From positions 1-57,747 of the forward strand of contig JBAXAW010000001.1 in NCBI GenBank assembly GCA_037142305.1: DNA of 57,747 nucleotides, in the 5' to 3' direction. The translations under genes were made by a program, and so were the position numbers. This DNA is from Actinomycetota bacterium (GTDB lineage Bacteria > Actinomycetota > Acidimicrobiia > Acidimicrobiales > Ilumatobacteraceae). Below, piece by piece: positions 19,392 through 28,057 of this stretch; within the stretch, counting starts at the first letter, position 1, and every line of letters begins with the position of its first letter. The notes under the pieces are model-generated. The model did not search any database. It was given only the letters and a program-made list of their open reading frames with translations, and had not been told where the DNA came from.

Positions 19392-19706
19392 GTGGTTTCG
19401 AAAAAAAAGAAAACGACGAAAAAGACAAAAAAATCAGTGAAGAAAAAGTCGGCTCCGAAAAAAAAGAAATCTTCGGCTAAAAAGAGTGGCGCCAAAAAGA
19501 CCGCCAAGAAGGCCGTCAAGAAATCAGTGAAAAAAATTGCTAAAAAGAAAGTTACAAAGAAAGCCAAAAAGAAGAAACATTTTGCGCCTGCGTCGACTTT
19601 AGCGTCGCAAGAAGTTGTACAACAAGTGTCCATTCCTCAAGATGACATGTTCGTCTCGGTTTCAGAAGAAATTGACTCGTTTACGTCTTTAAATCCGCTA
19701 CCGTAA
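19392..19706 (+). CDS. Lysine-rich (histone H1-like) small basic protein with acidic tail
   Basis: 104-aa ORF with a GTG start. The first ~62 aa are about half Lys (KKKKTTKKTKKSVKKKSAPKKKK...), followed by an acidic 40-aa tail. The N-terminus MVSKK resembles that of the next gene. The coding call rests on ORF length and this paralogy only. Confidence 0.5.
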   Translation: MVSKKKKTTKKTKKSVKKKSAPKKKKSSAKKSGAKKTAKKAVKKSVKKIAKKKVTKKAKKKKHFAPASTLASQEVVQQVSIPQDDMFVSVSEEIDSFTSLNPLP

Positions 19707-19749
19707 CCTAGTCAAATAGGCGAAATCCTCAACTGGATTTGCTTGAGAG

Positions 19750-20871
19750 GTGAATATCGTGGTTTCCAAGAATAGGGCGTCGTCGAAAAAGAGCAAGAAA
19801 TCTGGCTCAAAAAAGAAGAGCACCAAGAAATCTTTGCCAAAAAAGAAACCTTCAAAGAAACAGACTGGCACGAAGGCGCAGGCGGCTTCAAAGAAGAAAC
19901 TTGAGTTGAAGAAAAAGCTTGATCTCAAGAAAAAGCTCGAACTCAAAAAGAAGATTGATCTCAAAAAGAAACTCGAACTCAAAAAGAAGCTCGAGTTGAA
20001 GAAGAAACTTGATCTGAAAAAGAAGATTGATCTCAAAAAGAAGATTGATCTGAAAAAGAAGCTTGATCTCAAAAAGAAACTTGAGTTGAAGAAAAAGCTT
20101 GATCTCAAAAAGAAGCTAGATCTAAAAAAGAATCTCGAAAAGAAGGCCCGCGAGGCTGCGGTCAAAGCACTCAAGCGACAACGCGAATTAGAGAAGCGTG
20201 CGGCGGTGGCTGCGAAGGCTGTGTTGTTGAAAGAAAAGAAAAAAGAAGCGATTCGTGTCGCTAAAGAACGCGCAAAACTAAAAGCCGATCAGATTGCCGA
20301 GCGCCTGGCATTGCGCGCTGCCAAAGAGAAAGAAAAGCTAGCGATTAAGGCTGCTCGCGAAGCCGAAAAGGCTGCAAAGCTGGCCGCTCGTGAGGCTGAA
20401 CGCCTTGCCGAGATTGAAGCTCATCGAAAACCAGTTGCTCCGCCGAAGCCGCCAATTATCAAAGGTGTGATGCAAGACGGGATAACGCCGACAAAAGAGT
20501 TCAACTTCGAATTTTTGCTTTCGCAGCGTGAAATGCTTAATTCAGAGCGTAGAAATCTGCTCGGTCAAGCCGATCGTCTTGAGAGCGAAGCCAACGCGAT
20601 TGTTGAAAACTCAGAAATGGGCGATGTGCAATTTGATGACGAAGGCGGAGAGGGAGACACAATGGTTGTTGAGCGCGAGCGTGATTTGACACTCTCGGCG
20701 TCAGCCCGTCAAACAGTCGAAGAGATTGATGATGCTCTAAAACGAATTGAGACAGGCGACTATGGCTATTCTGGTCGCTCTGGATTGCCGATTCCGCGTG
20801 AGCGCTTAAAAGCGTTGCCTTGGACAACGGAACTTGTTCAAGAGCGTGCTGGTGGCATTGGTTCTTATTAG
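19750..20871 (+). CDS. Lysine-rich repeat protein with C-terminal cysteine-free DksA/TraR-like domain
   Basis: 373 aa. GTG at 19759, preceded by GAGAGG, may be the real start and gives MVSKNR. The N-terminus is K/S-rich, then come 13 KKKL(E/D)L repeats and an A/E/K helical region. The C-terminus (FDDEGGEGDT...ALKRIETGDYGYSGRSGLPIPRERLKALPWTTEL) matches the actinobacterial TraR/DksA pattern, but all four zinc-finger Cys are replaced. The slot upstream of lspA is the same as the Streptomyces DksA-like gene. Confidence 0.6.
   Translation: MNIVVSKNRASSKKSKKSGSKKKSTKKSLPKKKPSKKQTGTKAQAASKKKLELKKKLDLKKKLELKKKIDLKKKLELKKKLELKKKLDLKKKIDLKKKIDLKKKLDLKKKLELKKKLDLKKKLDLKKNLEKKAREAAVKALKRQRELEKRAAVAAKAVLLKEKKKEAIRVAKERAKLKADQIAERLALRAAKEKEKLAIKAAREAEKAAKLAAREAERLAEIEAHRKPVAPPKPPIIKGVMQDGITPTKEFNFEFLLSQREMLNSERRNLLGQADRLESEANAIVENSEMGDVQFDDEGGEGDTMVVERERDLTLSASARQTVEEIDDALKRIETGDYGYSGRSGLPIPRERLKALPWTTELVQERAGGIGSY
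19891..20124 (+). repeat. In-frame 18-nt (hexapeptide KKK[L/I][E/D]L) tandem repeat, 13 units
   Basis: There are 13 consecutive 18-nt units plus one degenerate unit extending to 20142. Units differ mainly at synonymous positions (aaa/aag, ctt/ctc/ttg). Confidence 0.9.
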
Positions 20872-20898
20872 AACTAATTCAGTTAAAGAAAATAATTT

Positions 20899-21384
20899 AT
20901 GACCGACGCGCCATTACGAAGTAGCGCATCAAAGTGGCTTGCCTATGTGCTGATCGCAGGAGTGATTGTTGTTGATCAACTAACCAAGCATTGGTCGCTG
21001 ACTGCTCTTAATGCGAGCAAGACGATAAAAATATTCTGGACTCTTCAATTAAATCTAGTTTTTAACTCTGGCATGGCTTTTTCCCAAGGACAAGGAGTAG
21101 GAAGAGTCATCGGTGTGTTAGCAATCGGAGTCGTAATCGGGTTATTGATGTCGCTGCGTAAGCCAATGTCACTGTTAACGACTATCGGTACTGGGCTTTT
21201 GGTTGGTGGAGCCTGCGGAAATATTTTGGATCGAATGTTTCGTGGTAGCGGGTGGATGAGCGGCGCGGTAGTTGATTTCATTGATCTACAGTGGTTTCCT
21301 GTTTTTAATGTTGCCGATTCTGCTGTAACGATTGGAGCAGGATTTTTGATTTTAGGAGCATTCATTGCAAGGTCGAGATCATGA
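20899..21384 (+). CDS. lspA: Lipoprotein signal peptidase II
   Basis: 161 aa with four TM segments. Conserved NSGMAFS, VVDFIDL and FNVADSAV motifs carry the catalytic Asp residues. Confidence 0.88.
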   Translation: MTDAPLRSSASKWLAYVLIAGVIVVDQLTKHWSLTALNASKTIKIFWTLQLNLVFNSGMAFSQGQGVGRVIGVLAIGVVIGLLMSLRKPMSLLTTIGTGLLVGGACGNILDRMFRGSGWMSGAVVDFIDLQWFPVFNVADSAVTIGAGFLILGAFIARSRS

Positions 21385-22319
21385 TTGACGAAACTAAAAA
21401 ACGAATTATTGATGAGATTATTGTTTCGTCTTTGGTCGGTCAGCGCATAGATCGAGTGATTTCGCTTGTTGCAGATATCCCACGAGCGGCAGCCGCGCAG
21501 ATCATCGATGCAGGTGCGGTGCTGTTGGATGATGTGATTGTCAAAGCCGGAAAGATCAAAGTCACCGAAGGTCAGCACTTAGTTATTGATTTGACTTTGC
21601 TTCCTGAAAAGCAGTTGCCCGCCGCAGAACCAAATATAAAAGTCGACGTGGTTTATGCAGACGACGACTTGATCGTAATTAATAAGCAGGCAGGCATCGT
21701 CGTTCATCCTGGTGCTGGCAATCCGACCGGAACATTAGTTAATGCAGTGCTTGCGTTGTATCCAGAAATGGCAACAGTCGGTGATGTCTATCGGCCTGGT
21801 GTTGTGCATCGCCTTGACGCTGGGACGACAGGACTCATGGTCATGGCTCGAACTGCTCGCGCTTACGATTCGCTAGTAGACGCGCTTTCGCGGCGAGTCG
21901 TTGTGCGCAGATACTTGGCGCTCGTTTGGGGAGAGATGAGTGCGCCGAGTGGCGTTATTGATGCACCGCTCGGTCGCGATCAACGAGACCCAACTCGAAT
22001 GTCAGTTCTTGCCGGCGGAAAGTCTGCGCGCACAAATTACGAAGTGCGTCAGGCATTTAGTTTGCCAGTCAGTTGTTCGCTTCTTGAGTGTGGATTAGAA
22101 ACCGGTCGCACTCACCAAATACGTGTGCACTTGGCGACTCTTGGTCACAGTGTTGTCGGAGACGTCGTTTATGGCGGTGCACGCAGTGTGCTTTCTTCGC
22201 CACGACCGATGTTGCATGCGATGACTTTAAAATTTGATCATCCCGTGTCCAGCAAAGAAATGCAGTTCGACGCGCAGATCCCTGCCGACTTTGCAGCAAT
22301 TCTAAAGAAGTGTTCTTAA
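21381..22319 (+). CDS. rluD: RluA/RluD-family 23S rRNA pseudouridine synthase
   Basis: 312 aa with an N-terminal S4-like domain, catalytic motif HRLDAGTTGLMV and RTHQIRVH. The ATGA start overlaps the lspA stop. Confidence 0.9.
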   Translation: MIDETKKRIIDEIIVSSLVGQRIDRVISLVADIPRAAAAQIIDAGAVLLDDVIVKAGKIKVTEGQHLVIDLTLLPEKQLPAAEPNIKVDVVYADDDLIVINKQAGIVVHPGAGNPTGTLVNAVLALYPEMATVGDVYRPGVVHRLDAGTTGLMVMARTARAYDSLVDALSRRVVVRRYLALVWGEMSAPSGVIDAPLGRDQRDPTRMSVLAGGKSARTNYEVRQAFSLPVSCSLLECGLETGRTHQIRVHLATLGHSVVGDVVYGGARSVLSSPRPMLHAMTLKFDHPVSSKEMQFDAQIPADFAAILKKCS

Positions 22320-22322
22320 CTT

Positions 22323-22769
22323 TTATTTTTTAGTGACTGGCCAAGAGGCTTCGCCATTAGAAATGGCGGCAATATCTTCAAGGGTGTATTTCGTAAGGTG
22401 TTCACGCATGTATTCACTAGCAAGGTTCCACACGGCCAAAAGTACGCATTGCCCATCGTGGTCGCAAGAACCGTCGGTGTGCGGTTCGCCAAAATCGCCC
22501 ACCGAGATTGGGCCATCCACGGCTGAAATGATTTCAGAGAGAAAGATTTCACCGGCAGATCGGGCAAGAATATAGCCGCCCCCAACACCGCGCTTTGATT
22601 TGACGAGTCCCGCGCCTTTAAGGGCGAGCAAAATCTGTTCTAGGTATGGTTGAGGCAGAGCCGTACGAGTTGCGATATCGCGCACGGATGTTGGACCGTC
22701 ATCATTTTGATGCAGACGTAATGAAAGTAGCGCTCGACAGGCATAATCTCCACGAGTCGAAATTCTCAC
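22323..22769 (-). CDS. Rrf2-family transcriptional regulator
   Basis: 148 aa. MRISTRGDYACRALLSL begins a winged-helix N-terminus typical of Rrf2/IscR/CymR proteins. Only two Cys are present in the C-terminal half (SCDHDGQC). Confidence 0.85.
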   Translation of the reverse strand: MRISTRGDYACRALLSLRLHQNDDGPTSVRDIATRTALPQPYLEQILLALKGAGLVKSKRGVGGGYILARSAGEIFLSEIISAVDGPISVGDFGEPHTDGSCDHDGQCVLLAVWNLASEYMREHLTKYTLEDIAAISNGEASWPVTKK

Positions 22770-22831
22770 GGCTATATGTTACGCCAGTATCTGATGCGAA
22801 GATTAACTGCGATTGTTGATCCATTGAAGTA

Positions 22832-23983
22832 TTGTCATTGAACACAATCATGACTGATAAATTAACGCCTCAATTATCAACTAGACCGCGCCTGCCAGCA
22901 TATAAAGCAGGCTGCATCACTGGCATCATTCCGGCGTTACTCGGGCCGTCCGGTACTAAAGAGATTCCAAGTTGGATGCCCAGTTGTGTTCAGGGTGCGC
23001 GACAAGTTGTGCTACTCGTGATTGACGGACTCGGTTGGCATCAGTTGCAAAAAAATCTTGAGCATTGCCCGATGCTTGCATCAATGCAGGGCTCGTCAAT
23101 CACAACAGTTGCGCCAACGACGACCGTTAGCGCGTTGACGTCAATTACGACTGGATTGGCACCCGCAGAACACGGACTTGTCGGTTATCGCATCGATATG
23201 GGCGGACGAGTTATGCAAATGCTCAAGTGGGGAGATGAAAAAGGTGATTTACGAAATATGTATTCACCTGATTTAGTTCAACCGTGCCCACCATTCATGG
23301 GAGCAAGCGTGCCGGTTTTAAGTAAGGCCGAATTGGAAGGCTCCGCATTTACACAAGCGCATTTACGCGGGGTCCGACCAAAGGGTTGGCGCGCGGCATC
23401 AAGTATTTCTGTAGAGATTGGAGAGTTGTTGCGAGCAGGTGAAAAATTTATTTATGCTTATTACGACGGCGTTGACAAGATCGCTCACGAGCGCGGCTTC
23501 GGGGCATTTTATGAAGCAGAGTTGCGCAGTGCTGATGCACTGGTGGCAAATATCAAAGAGGTTCTTGTTTCTGGCTCGGTGCTGTTAGTTACTGCCGATC
23601 ATGGGCAAGTAATGGTCGGAACAAACACCCTGCCGCCACACGCCAATGTTCTCGCGATGACCGCCTATCAATCTGGAGAAGGCCGATTTCGTTGGTTGCA
23701 TGCGCGAAACGGCACCGAAGTTGAGTTGCTTGCACGCGCAACGCAACATCACAGTGATTGTGCTTGGGTTGTAAGTAAAGAACAGATAATTGATGAACAG
23801 TGGCTTGGCCCAAGACTTGGCCCCGCAACTCGAAAGCGGCTCGGAGATGTTGCGCTTGTGCCTCGAGATGCAATCAGTTTCGATGACCCGGCTGACACTG
23901 GTCCATATATGTTGCAATGTCGCCATGGTGCGTTAACAGATGATGAACTTGATGTACCTTTGCTTGCCGTTACCGGAAACTGA
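22832..23983 (+). CDS. Alkaline-phosphatase-superfamily nucleotide pyrophosphatase/phosphodiesterase-type protein
   Basis: 383 aa; ATG at 22850 is an alternative start. Metal/nucleophile motifs are LVIDGLGW, APTTTVSALTSITTGLAPAEHG (Thr nucleophile region), DKIAHERG and TADHGQ. Confidence 0.7.
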   Translation: MSLNTIMTDKLTPQLSTRPRLPAYKAGCITGIIPALLGPSGTKEIPSWMPSCVQGARQVVLLVIDGLGWHQLQKNLEHCPMLASMQGSSITTVAPTTTVSALTSITTGLAPAEHGLVGYRIDMGGRVMQMLKWGDEKGDLRNMYSPDLVQPCPPFMGASVPVLSKAELEGSAFTQAHLRGVRPKGWRAASSISVEIGELLRAGEKFIYAYYDGVDKIAHERGFGAFYEAELRSADALVANIKEVLVSGSVLLVTADHGQVMVGTNTLPPHANVLAMTAYQSGEGRFRWLHARNGTEVELLARATQHHSDCAWVVSKEQIIDEQWLGPRLGPATRKRLGDVALVPRDAISFDDPADTGPYMLQCRHGALTDDELDVPLLAVTGN

Positions 23984-24010
23984 TAAGTCTGATAAGTTAA
24001 TTTCCCCACT

Positions 24011-24463
24011 ATGAACGAAACACAACGCGGTGAAATAGTCCAAGAAAATATTCTCGTAGAAGAAACTGTTACAGCACCGGCCAAAGTTATGCGAATTGGC
24101 TCGATGATTAAACAACTACTCGACGAAGTGCGTTCAATGACGCTTGACAGCCCATCTCGTGAGCGACTTGCAGAAATATATGAGCGATCAATTGTCGAAT
24201 TGACGACTGCATTGTCGCCCGACTTACAAGAAGAACTTAGAACGCTCGCACTGCCGTTCAAGGATGGAGAAATTCCGTCTGATGCTGAATTGCGAATTGC
24301 CAAAGCTCAACTCGTCGGCTGGCTTGAAGGTTTGTTTCACGGTATTCAAGCAACGATGTTTGCCCAACAACTTTCAATGCGTCAACAGTCAGAACAAAAG
24401 CAGATTCAATCAGGCGAAGCATCAACTGCGCAGCCAGGAGATCGCCCCGGAACATATTTGTAA
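24011..24463 (+). CDS. bpa: Bacterial proteasome activator Bpa/PafE-like
   Basis: 150 aa. The core strongly resembles M. tuberculosis Rv3780 (PAKVMRIGSMIKQLLDEVR ... PSDAELRIAKAQLVGWLEGLFHGIQ). The C-terminus is GTYL, where the canonical motif is GQYL. Confidence 0.8.
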   Translation: MNETQRGEIVQENILVEETVTAPAKVMRIGSMIKQLLDEVRSMTLDSPSRERLAEIYERSIVELTTALSPDLQEELRTLALPFKDGEIPSDAELRIAKAQLVGWLEGLFHGIQATMFAQQLSMRQQSEQKQIQSGEASTAQPGDRPGTYL

Positions 24464-27400
24464 TGGGTGATTCGTTCACTCATCTTCATGTTCATACAGA
24501 ATTCTCAATGCTTGACGGAGCGTCGCGTTTAGACGAGCTTGTTGAATGTGCGGTTAATGATTCTCAAAAAGCTTTAGGAATCACAGATCACGGCAACATG
24601 TATGGTGTTATCGATTTTTATAAAGAGTGCACCAAACGTGGAATCAAGCCAATTATCGGTACCGAGGCCTACATGGCTTTCGAAACTCGAACAGAGCGCC
24701 CAACTCGTCGTGGAAAGCTAGACGACAGCGGAGGCGATACCGAAGCGGGTAAAAAACTCTATTATCACTTAACTTTGCTCGCCGAGAATAACACTGGATA
24801 TCAAAATTTAATTCAGTTGGCTAGTTTGGCTTTTCTTGAGGGCTACTACTACCAGCCACGAATGGATTGGGAGTTGCTGACTAAATTTCACGAAGGTTTG
24901 ATCGCAACTTCTGGCTGTCTGGGTGGTCATGTGTTGCAAGCACTTAAGAATGGCAAAGAAGAAGAGGCCTTAAAAACTGCTGCTCGACTTCAAGATATTT
25001 TCGGCAAAGATAATTTTTTTATCGAGTTACAAGATCACGGGATTCCGTTGCAGATTGAAACTAATCCAAAGTTGATCGAGATTGGCAAAAAGATTGGTGC
25101 GCCCTTATTGGCAACAAACGACTGTCACTACACCCACCGCGACGACAGTCATTCTCACGATGCATTGCTGTGTGTGCAAACTGGCAGCACTATTGCTGAT
25201 CCGAATCGTTTAAAATTTGAAGGCCAAGAGCACTATTTGAAATCTGCCAAAGAAATGCGTTGGCTGTTTCGCGAGCAGATCACTGCGTGTGACAACACTC
25301 TTTGGATAGCCGAGCGCGCAAAAGTTCAAATCGATTTTGGTGTGCCAGTGCTACCAGACTTTCCAATTCCTGAAGGGTTTGCTAACGATCATGCATATCT
25401 TGAACACCTAACTTGGCTCGGTGCTCAACAAAGATGGGGCGAAAAACTGCCAGACAATGTCGTTGAGCGCGTTGCATACGAGCTAGCAACGATAAAAACA
25501 ATGGGATTCAGTTCTTATTTCTTGATTGTTTGGGATCTTGTTCGTTATGCGCGAGATCAATCAATTCGCGTTGGCCCCGGTCGTGGGTCGGCGGCGGGTT
25601 GCGCTGTTGCATATTCGTTACGAATCACTGATCTTGACCCAATTCGCTACGACTTACTTTTTGAACGGTTTTTGAATCCTGGGCGACGCAGCATGCCTGA
25701 TATTGACATGGACTTTGACTCGCGATATCGCGATGAGATGATTCGTTACGCCTCAACAAAATACGGCCGTGACCACGTAGCGCAGATTATTACGTTTGGC
25801 ACGATTAAGGCCCGTAACTCGGTGCGCGATGCAGCGAGAGTCCTTGGATTCCCTTACGGATTAGGCGACAAGATTGCCAAGTTGATGCCACCCGTTGTGA
25901 TGGGTCGCGATACCCCTCTCAAATATTGCTTTGAAGAAAATGAAAAACATTTAGCGGGGTACAAAGCAGCTAGTGAGTTACGGTCGCTTTATGACCTCGA
26001 CCCAGATGTAAAGCGGGTGTTGGATGTTGCTCGTGGTCTAGAAGGGTTGAAAAGAAATGTTGGTATTCACGCAGCAGCAGTAGTGATCACCAAAGAAAAA
26101 CTCACACAGTACTTGCCGATTCAACGAAAAGCCGAGTCGGGTCAAGACGCCGAACTTGCACCAATCGTGACGCAATACGAAATGCATGCCGTCGAAGAAC
26201 TTGGTCTTTTGAAAATGGACATTCTCGGTTTGAGAAACTTAGACGTAATTACAGATACGAATAAGATGATTCAAGAATTACGTGACCCTGATTTTGATAT
26301 TGACAAAGTCTCGTTTGATGATGTGAAGACGTTTGAGTTGCTTCGTCGCGGTGACACCATCGGGGTGTTCCAACTTGAGTCAACGAATATTCGCGCACTA
26401 GTTCGCAGTATGGTGCCGAGCACATTGGATGACTTGGCGGCAATCGTTGCTTTATATCGACCAGGTCCAATGGCGGCGAATATGCATAATGACTATGCAG
26501 ATTTTAAGAATGGTCGAAAACAGCCAGAGTTATTTCACCCCGACGCCCAAGAGTTACTCGGCGATACATATGGTCTGATGATTTATCAAGAGAGCATGAT
26601 GCGTGTTGCTCAAAAATTTGCAGGGTACAGCCTCGAAAAAGCAGACGACTTGCGCAAGGCGTGTGGCAAAAAGAACCGCGATGACATGGCCAAACAGCGT
26701 GTGAGTTTTGAAAGTGGTTGCGTCGCCATGGGATACGGGCCGGTTCTAGGCGAAAAACTATTCGACTCGATTGAGCATTTTGCAGACTACGCATTTGGTA
26801 AGAGCCACGCCTACGGCTACGGCTTTCTTGCATATCAAACTGCCTATCTCAAAGCACATTATCCAGTCGAATATATTGCATGTCTACTGACAAGCGTTAA
26901 AGCAAACTATGAACGCGCGGCAGTATTTCTTGCAGACGCTCGAGCTAGTGACATTGTCGTGCGAACACCAGATATCAACACATCAGGAGTTGACTTTGTG
27001 CCGGTGATTGATGGCGATCAGAAAGTTATAAGTTTTGGTTTGTCGGCCATTCGTAACGTAGGTGAGGCGCTGATAACTAATTTGGTTGAATATCGGCGCA
27101 ATAATCAACCGTTCACTTCTTTCTATGATTTTGCTGACCGTGCACCAATTTCGACGCTCAATAAACGAACTGTCGAATCGCTGATCAAGGCTGGTGCATT
27201 CGATTCGCTTGGCCACCCGCGTAAGGGATTGCTTGCAGTATTTGAACCGATAATTGAAAATACATTGTTGCGACGCCGTGAGCGCGATCAAGGGGTGATG
27301 AGTCTGTTCGGCGATAACGATGGTTTAGGGTCTGGTTATTCTGAGCGAATAGAGATTCCGCAAATTAATTATGAGAAGTCAGAACAACTCAAAATTGAGC

Positions 27401-27987
27401 GTGAAATGCTGGGACTGTATGTCTCAGATCATCCATTGCGCGGAGTTGAAGGCCAGTTGCGTCGAAAGGTTGAGTGTTCGTTAATTGATCTTGAAGAAAA
27501 ACCAGATGGTGCATTCTTGAAACTAGGCGGAGTAATCACTTCTGTTGACCGAAAGTTCACGCGCAAGGGTGCACAAATGGCGATCCTAAAAATTGAAGAT
27601 TTGCAAGGTTCTATTGAGGTAACGGTGTTTCCAAAAACTTATGAAAAATTTGGTCATCTAATCGAAGAAGACAAGATCGTCTTAGTTCGTGGTCGACTCG
27701 ACCGACGCGATGAATCATTGATTGCGTTCAATGCTCAAGAAATTCAAATCGTCGAACCGATGCGGGCGAGTGATTTGAGTGTGCATATTGACTTGCCAGG
27801 AGTTTCGCCATCGCCAGAGGATCTCAACGAGTTGCGAGATTTATTGCGTGAGCACACTGGTCAGACACCAGTTCAATTGCACATCGGTACTACTGCGTTG
27901 CGTTTGCCTGATGAGTTTAATGTGGATATTGATCGCGTAATGGGAAGACTTCGTGCGTCTTACGGTGACAGCGTTTATATCGGTTAA
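24463..27987 (+). CDS. dnaE: DNA polymerase III alpha subunit (DnaE1)
   Basis: 1174 aa. PHP domain (HLHVHTEFSMLDG), polymerase core (PDIDMDF) and a C-terminal OB-fold region are present. The ATG overlaps the bpa stop (TAATG). Confidence 0.95.
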   Translation: MGDSFTHLHVHTEFSMLDGASRLDELVECAVNDSQKALGITDHGNMYGVIDFYKECTKRGIKPIIGTEAYMAFETRTERPTRRGKLDDSGGDTEAGKKLYYHLTLLAENNTGYQNLIQLASLAFLEGYYYQPRMDWELLTKFHEGLIATSGCLGGHVLQALKNGKEEEALKTAARLQDIFGKDNFFIELQDHGIPLQIETNPKLIEIGKKIGAPLLATNDCHYTHRDDSHSHDALLCVQTGSTIADPNRLKFEGQEHYLKSAKEMRWLFREQITACDNTLWIAERAKVQIDFGVPVLPDFPIPEGFANDHAYLEHLTWLGAQQRWGEKLPDNVVERVAYELATIKTMGFSSYFLIVWDLVRYARDQSIRVGPGRGSAAGCAVAYSLRITDLDPIRYDLLFERFLNPGRRSMPDIDMDFDSRYRDEMIRYASTKYGRDHVAQIITFGTIKARNSVRDAARVLGFPYGLGDKIAKLMPPVVMGRDTPLKYCFEENEKHLAGYKAASELRSLYDLDPDVKRVLDVARGLEGLKRNVGIHAAAVVITKEKLTQYLPIQRKAESGQDAELAPIVTQYEMHAVEELGLLKMDILGLRNLDVITDTNKMIQELRDPDFDIDKVSFDDVKTFELLRRGDTIGVFQLESTNIRALVRSMVPSTLDDLAAIVALYRPGPMAANMHNDYADFKNGRKQPELFHPDAQELLGDTYGLMIYQESMMRVAQKFAGYSLEKADDLRKACGKKNRDDMAKQRVSFESGCVAMGYGPVLGEKLFDSIEHFADYAFGKSHAYGYGFLAYQTAYLKAHYPVEYIACLLTSVKANYERAAVFLADARASDIVVRTPDINTSGVDFVPVIDGDQKVISFGLSAIRNVGEALITNLVEYRRNNQPFTSFYDFADRAPISTLNKRTVESLIKAGAFDSLGHPRKGLLAVFEPIIENTLLRRRERDQGVMSLFGDNDGLGSGYSERIEIPQINYEKSEQLKIEREMLGLYVSDHPLRGVEGQLRRKVECSLIDLEEKPDGAFLKLGGVITSVDRKFTRKGAQMAILKIEDLQGSIEVTVFPKTYEKFGHLIEEDKIVLVRGRLDRRDESLIAFNAQEIQIVEPMRASDLSVHIDLPGVSPSPEDLNELRDLLREHTGQTPVQLHIGTTALRLPDEFNVDIDRVMGRLRASYGDSVYIG

Positions 27988-28057
27988 ATAATTCAATTGC
28001 GGTTAATTAACCCGCACCATCGGAATTGAGCATTTTTGCTGGCAGAATAGAGGTGTT

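Noticed and set aside
19358-20174. Phe-rich minus-strand ORFs (19358-19633 and 19698-20174).
   Set aside because: They are reverse-complement shadows of AAA/AAG lysine codons (TTT/CTT). The + strand products have a recognisable DksA-like domain and conserved genomic context.
23749-24303. 184-aa Ser-rich minus-strand ORF spanning the phosphodiesterase/bpa junction.
   Set aside because: It is antisense to two well-supported genes, and its Ser-rich low-complexity composition is typical of shadow frames. The same reasoning applies to 12683-13216, 14911-15351, 21045-21578 and 28385-28969 on the - strand, and to 31412-31942 and 33278-33736 on the + strand.
27999-28015. Near-palindrome gcggTTAATTAAcccgc after dnaE as a terminator.
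   Set aside because: There is no loop (the palindrome centre is fully self-complementary), the G:C portion of the stem is only 4 bp, and no T-tract follows. The support is not convincing.
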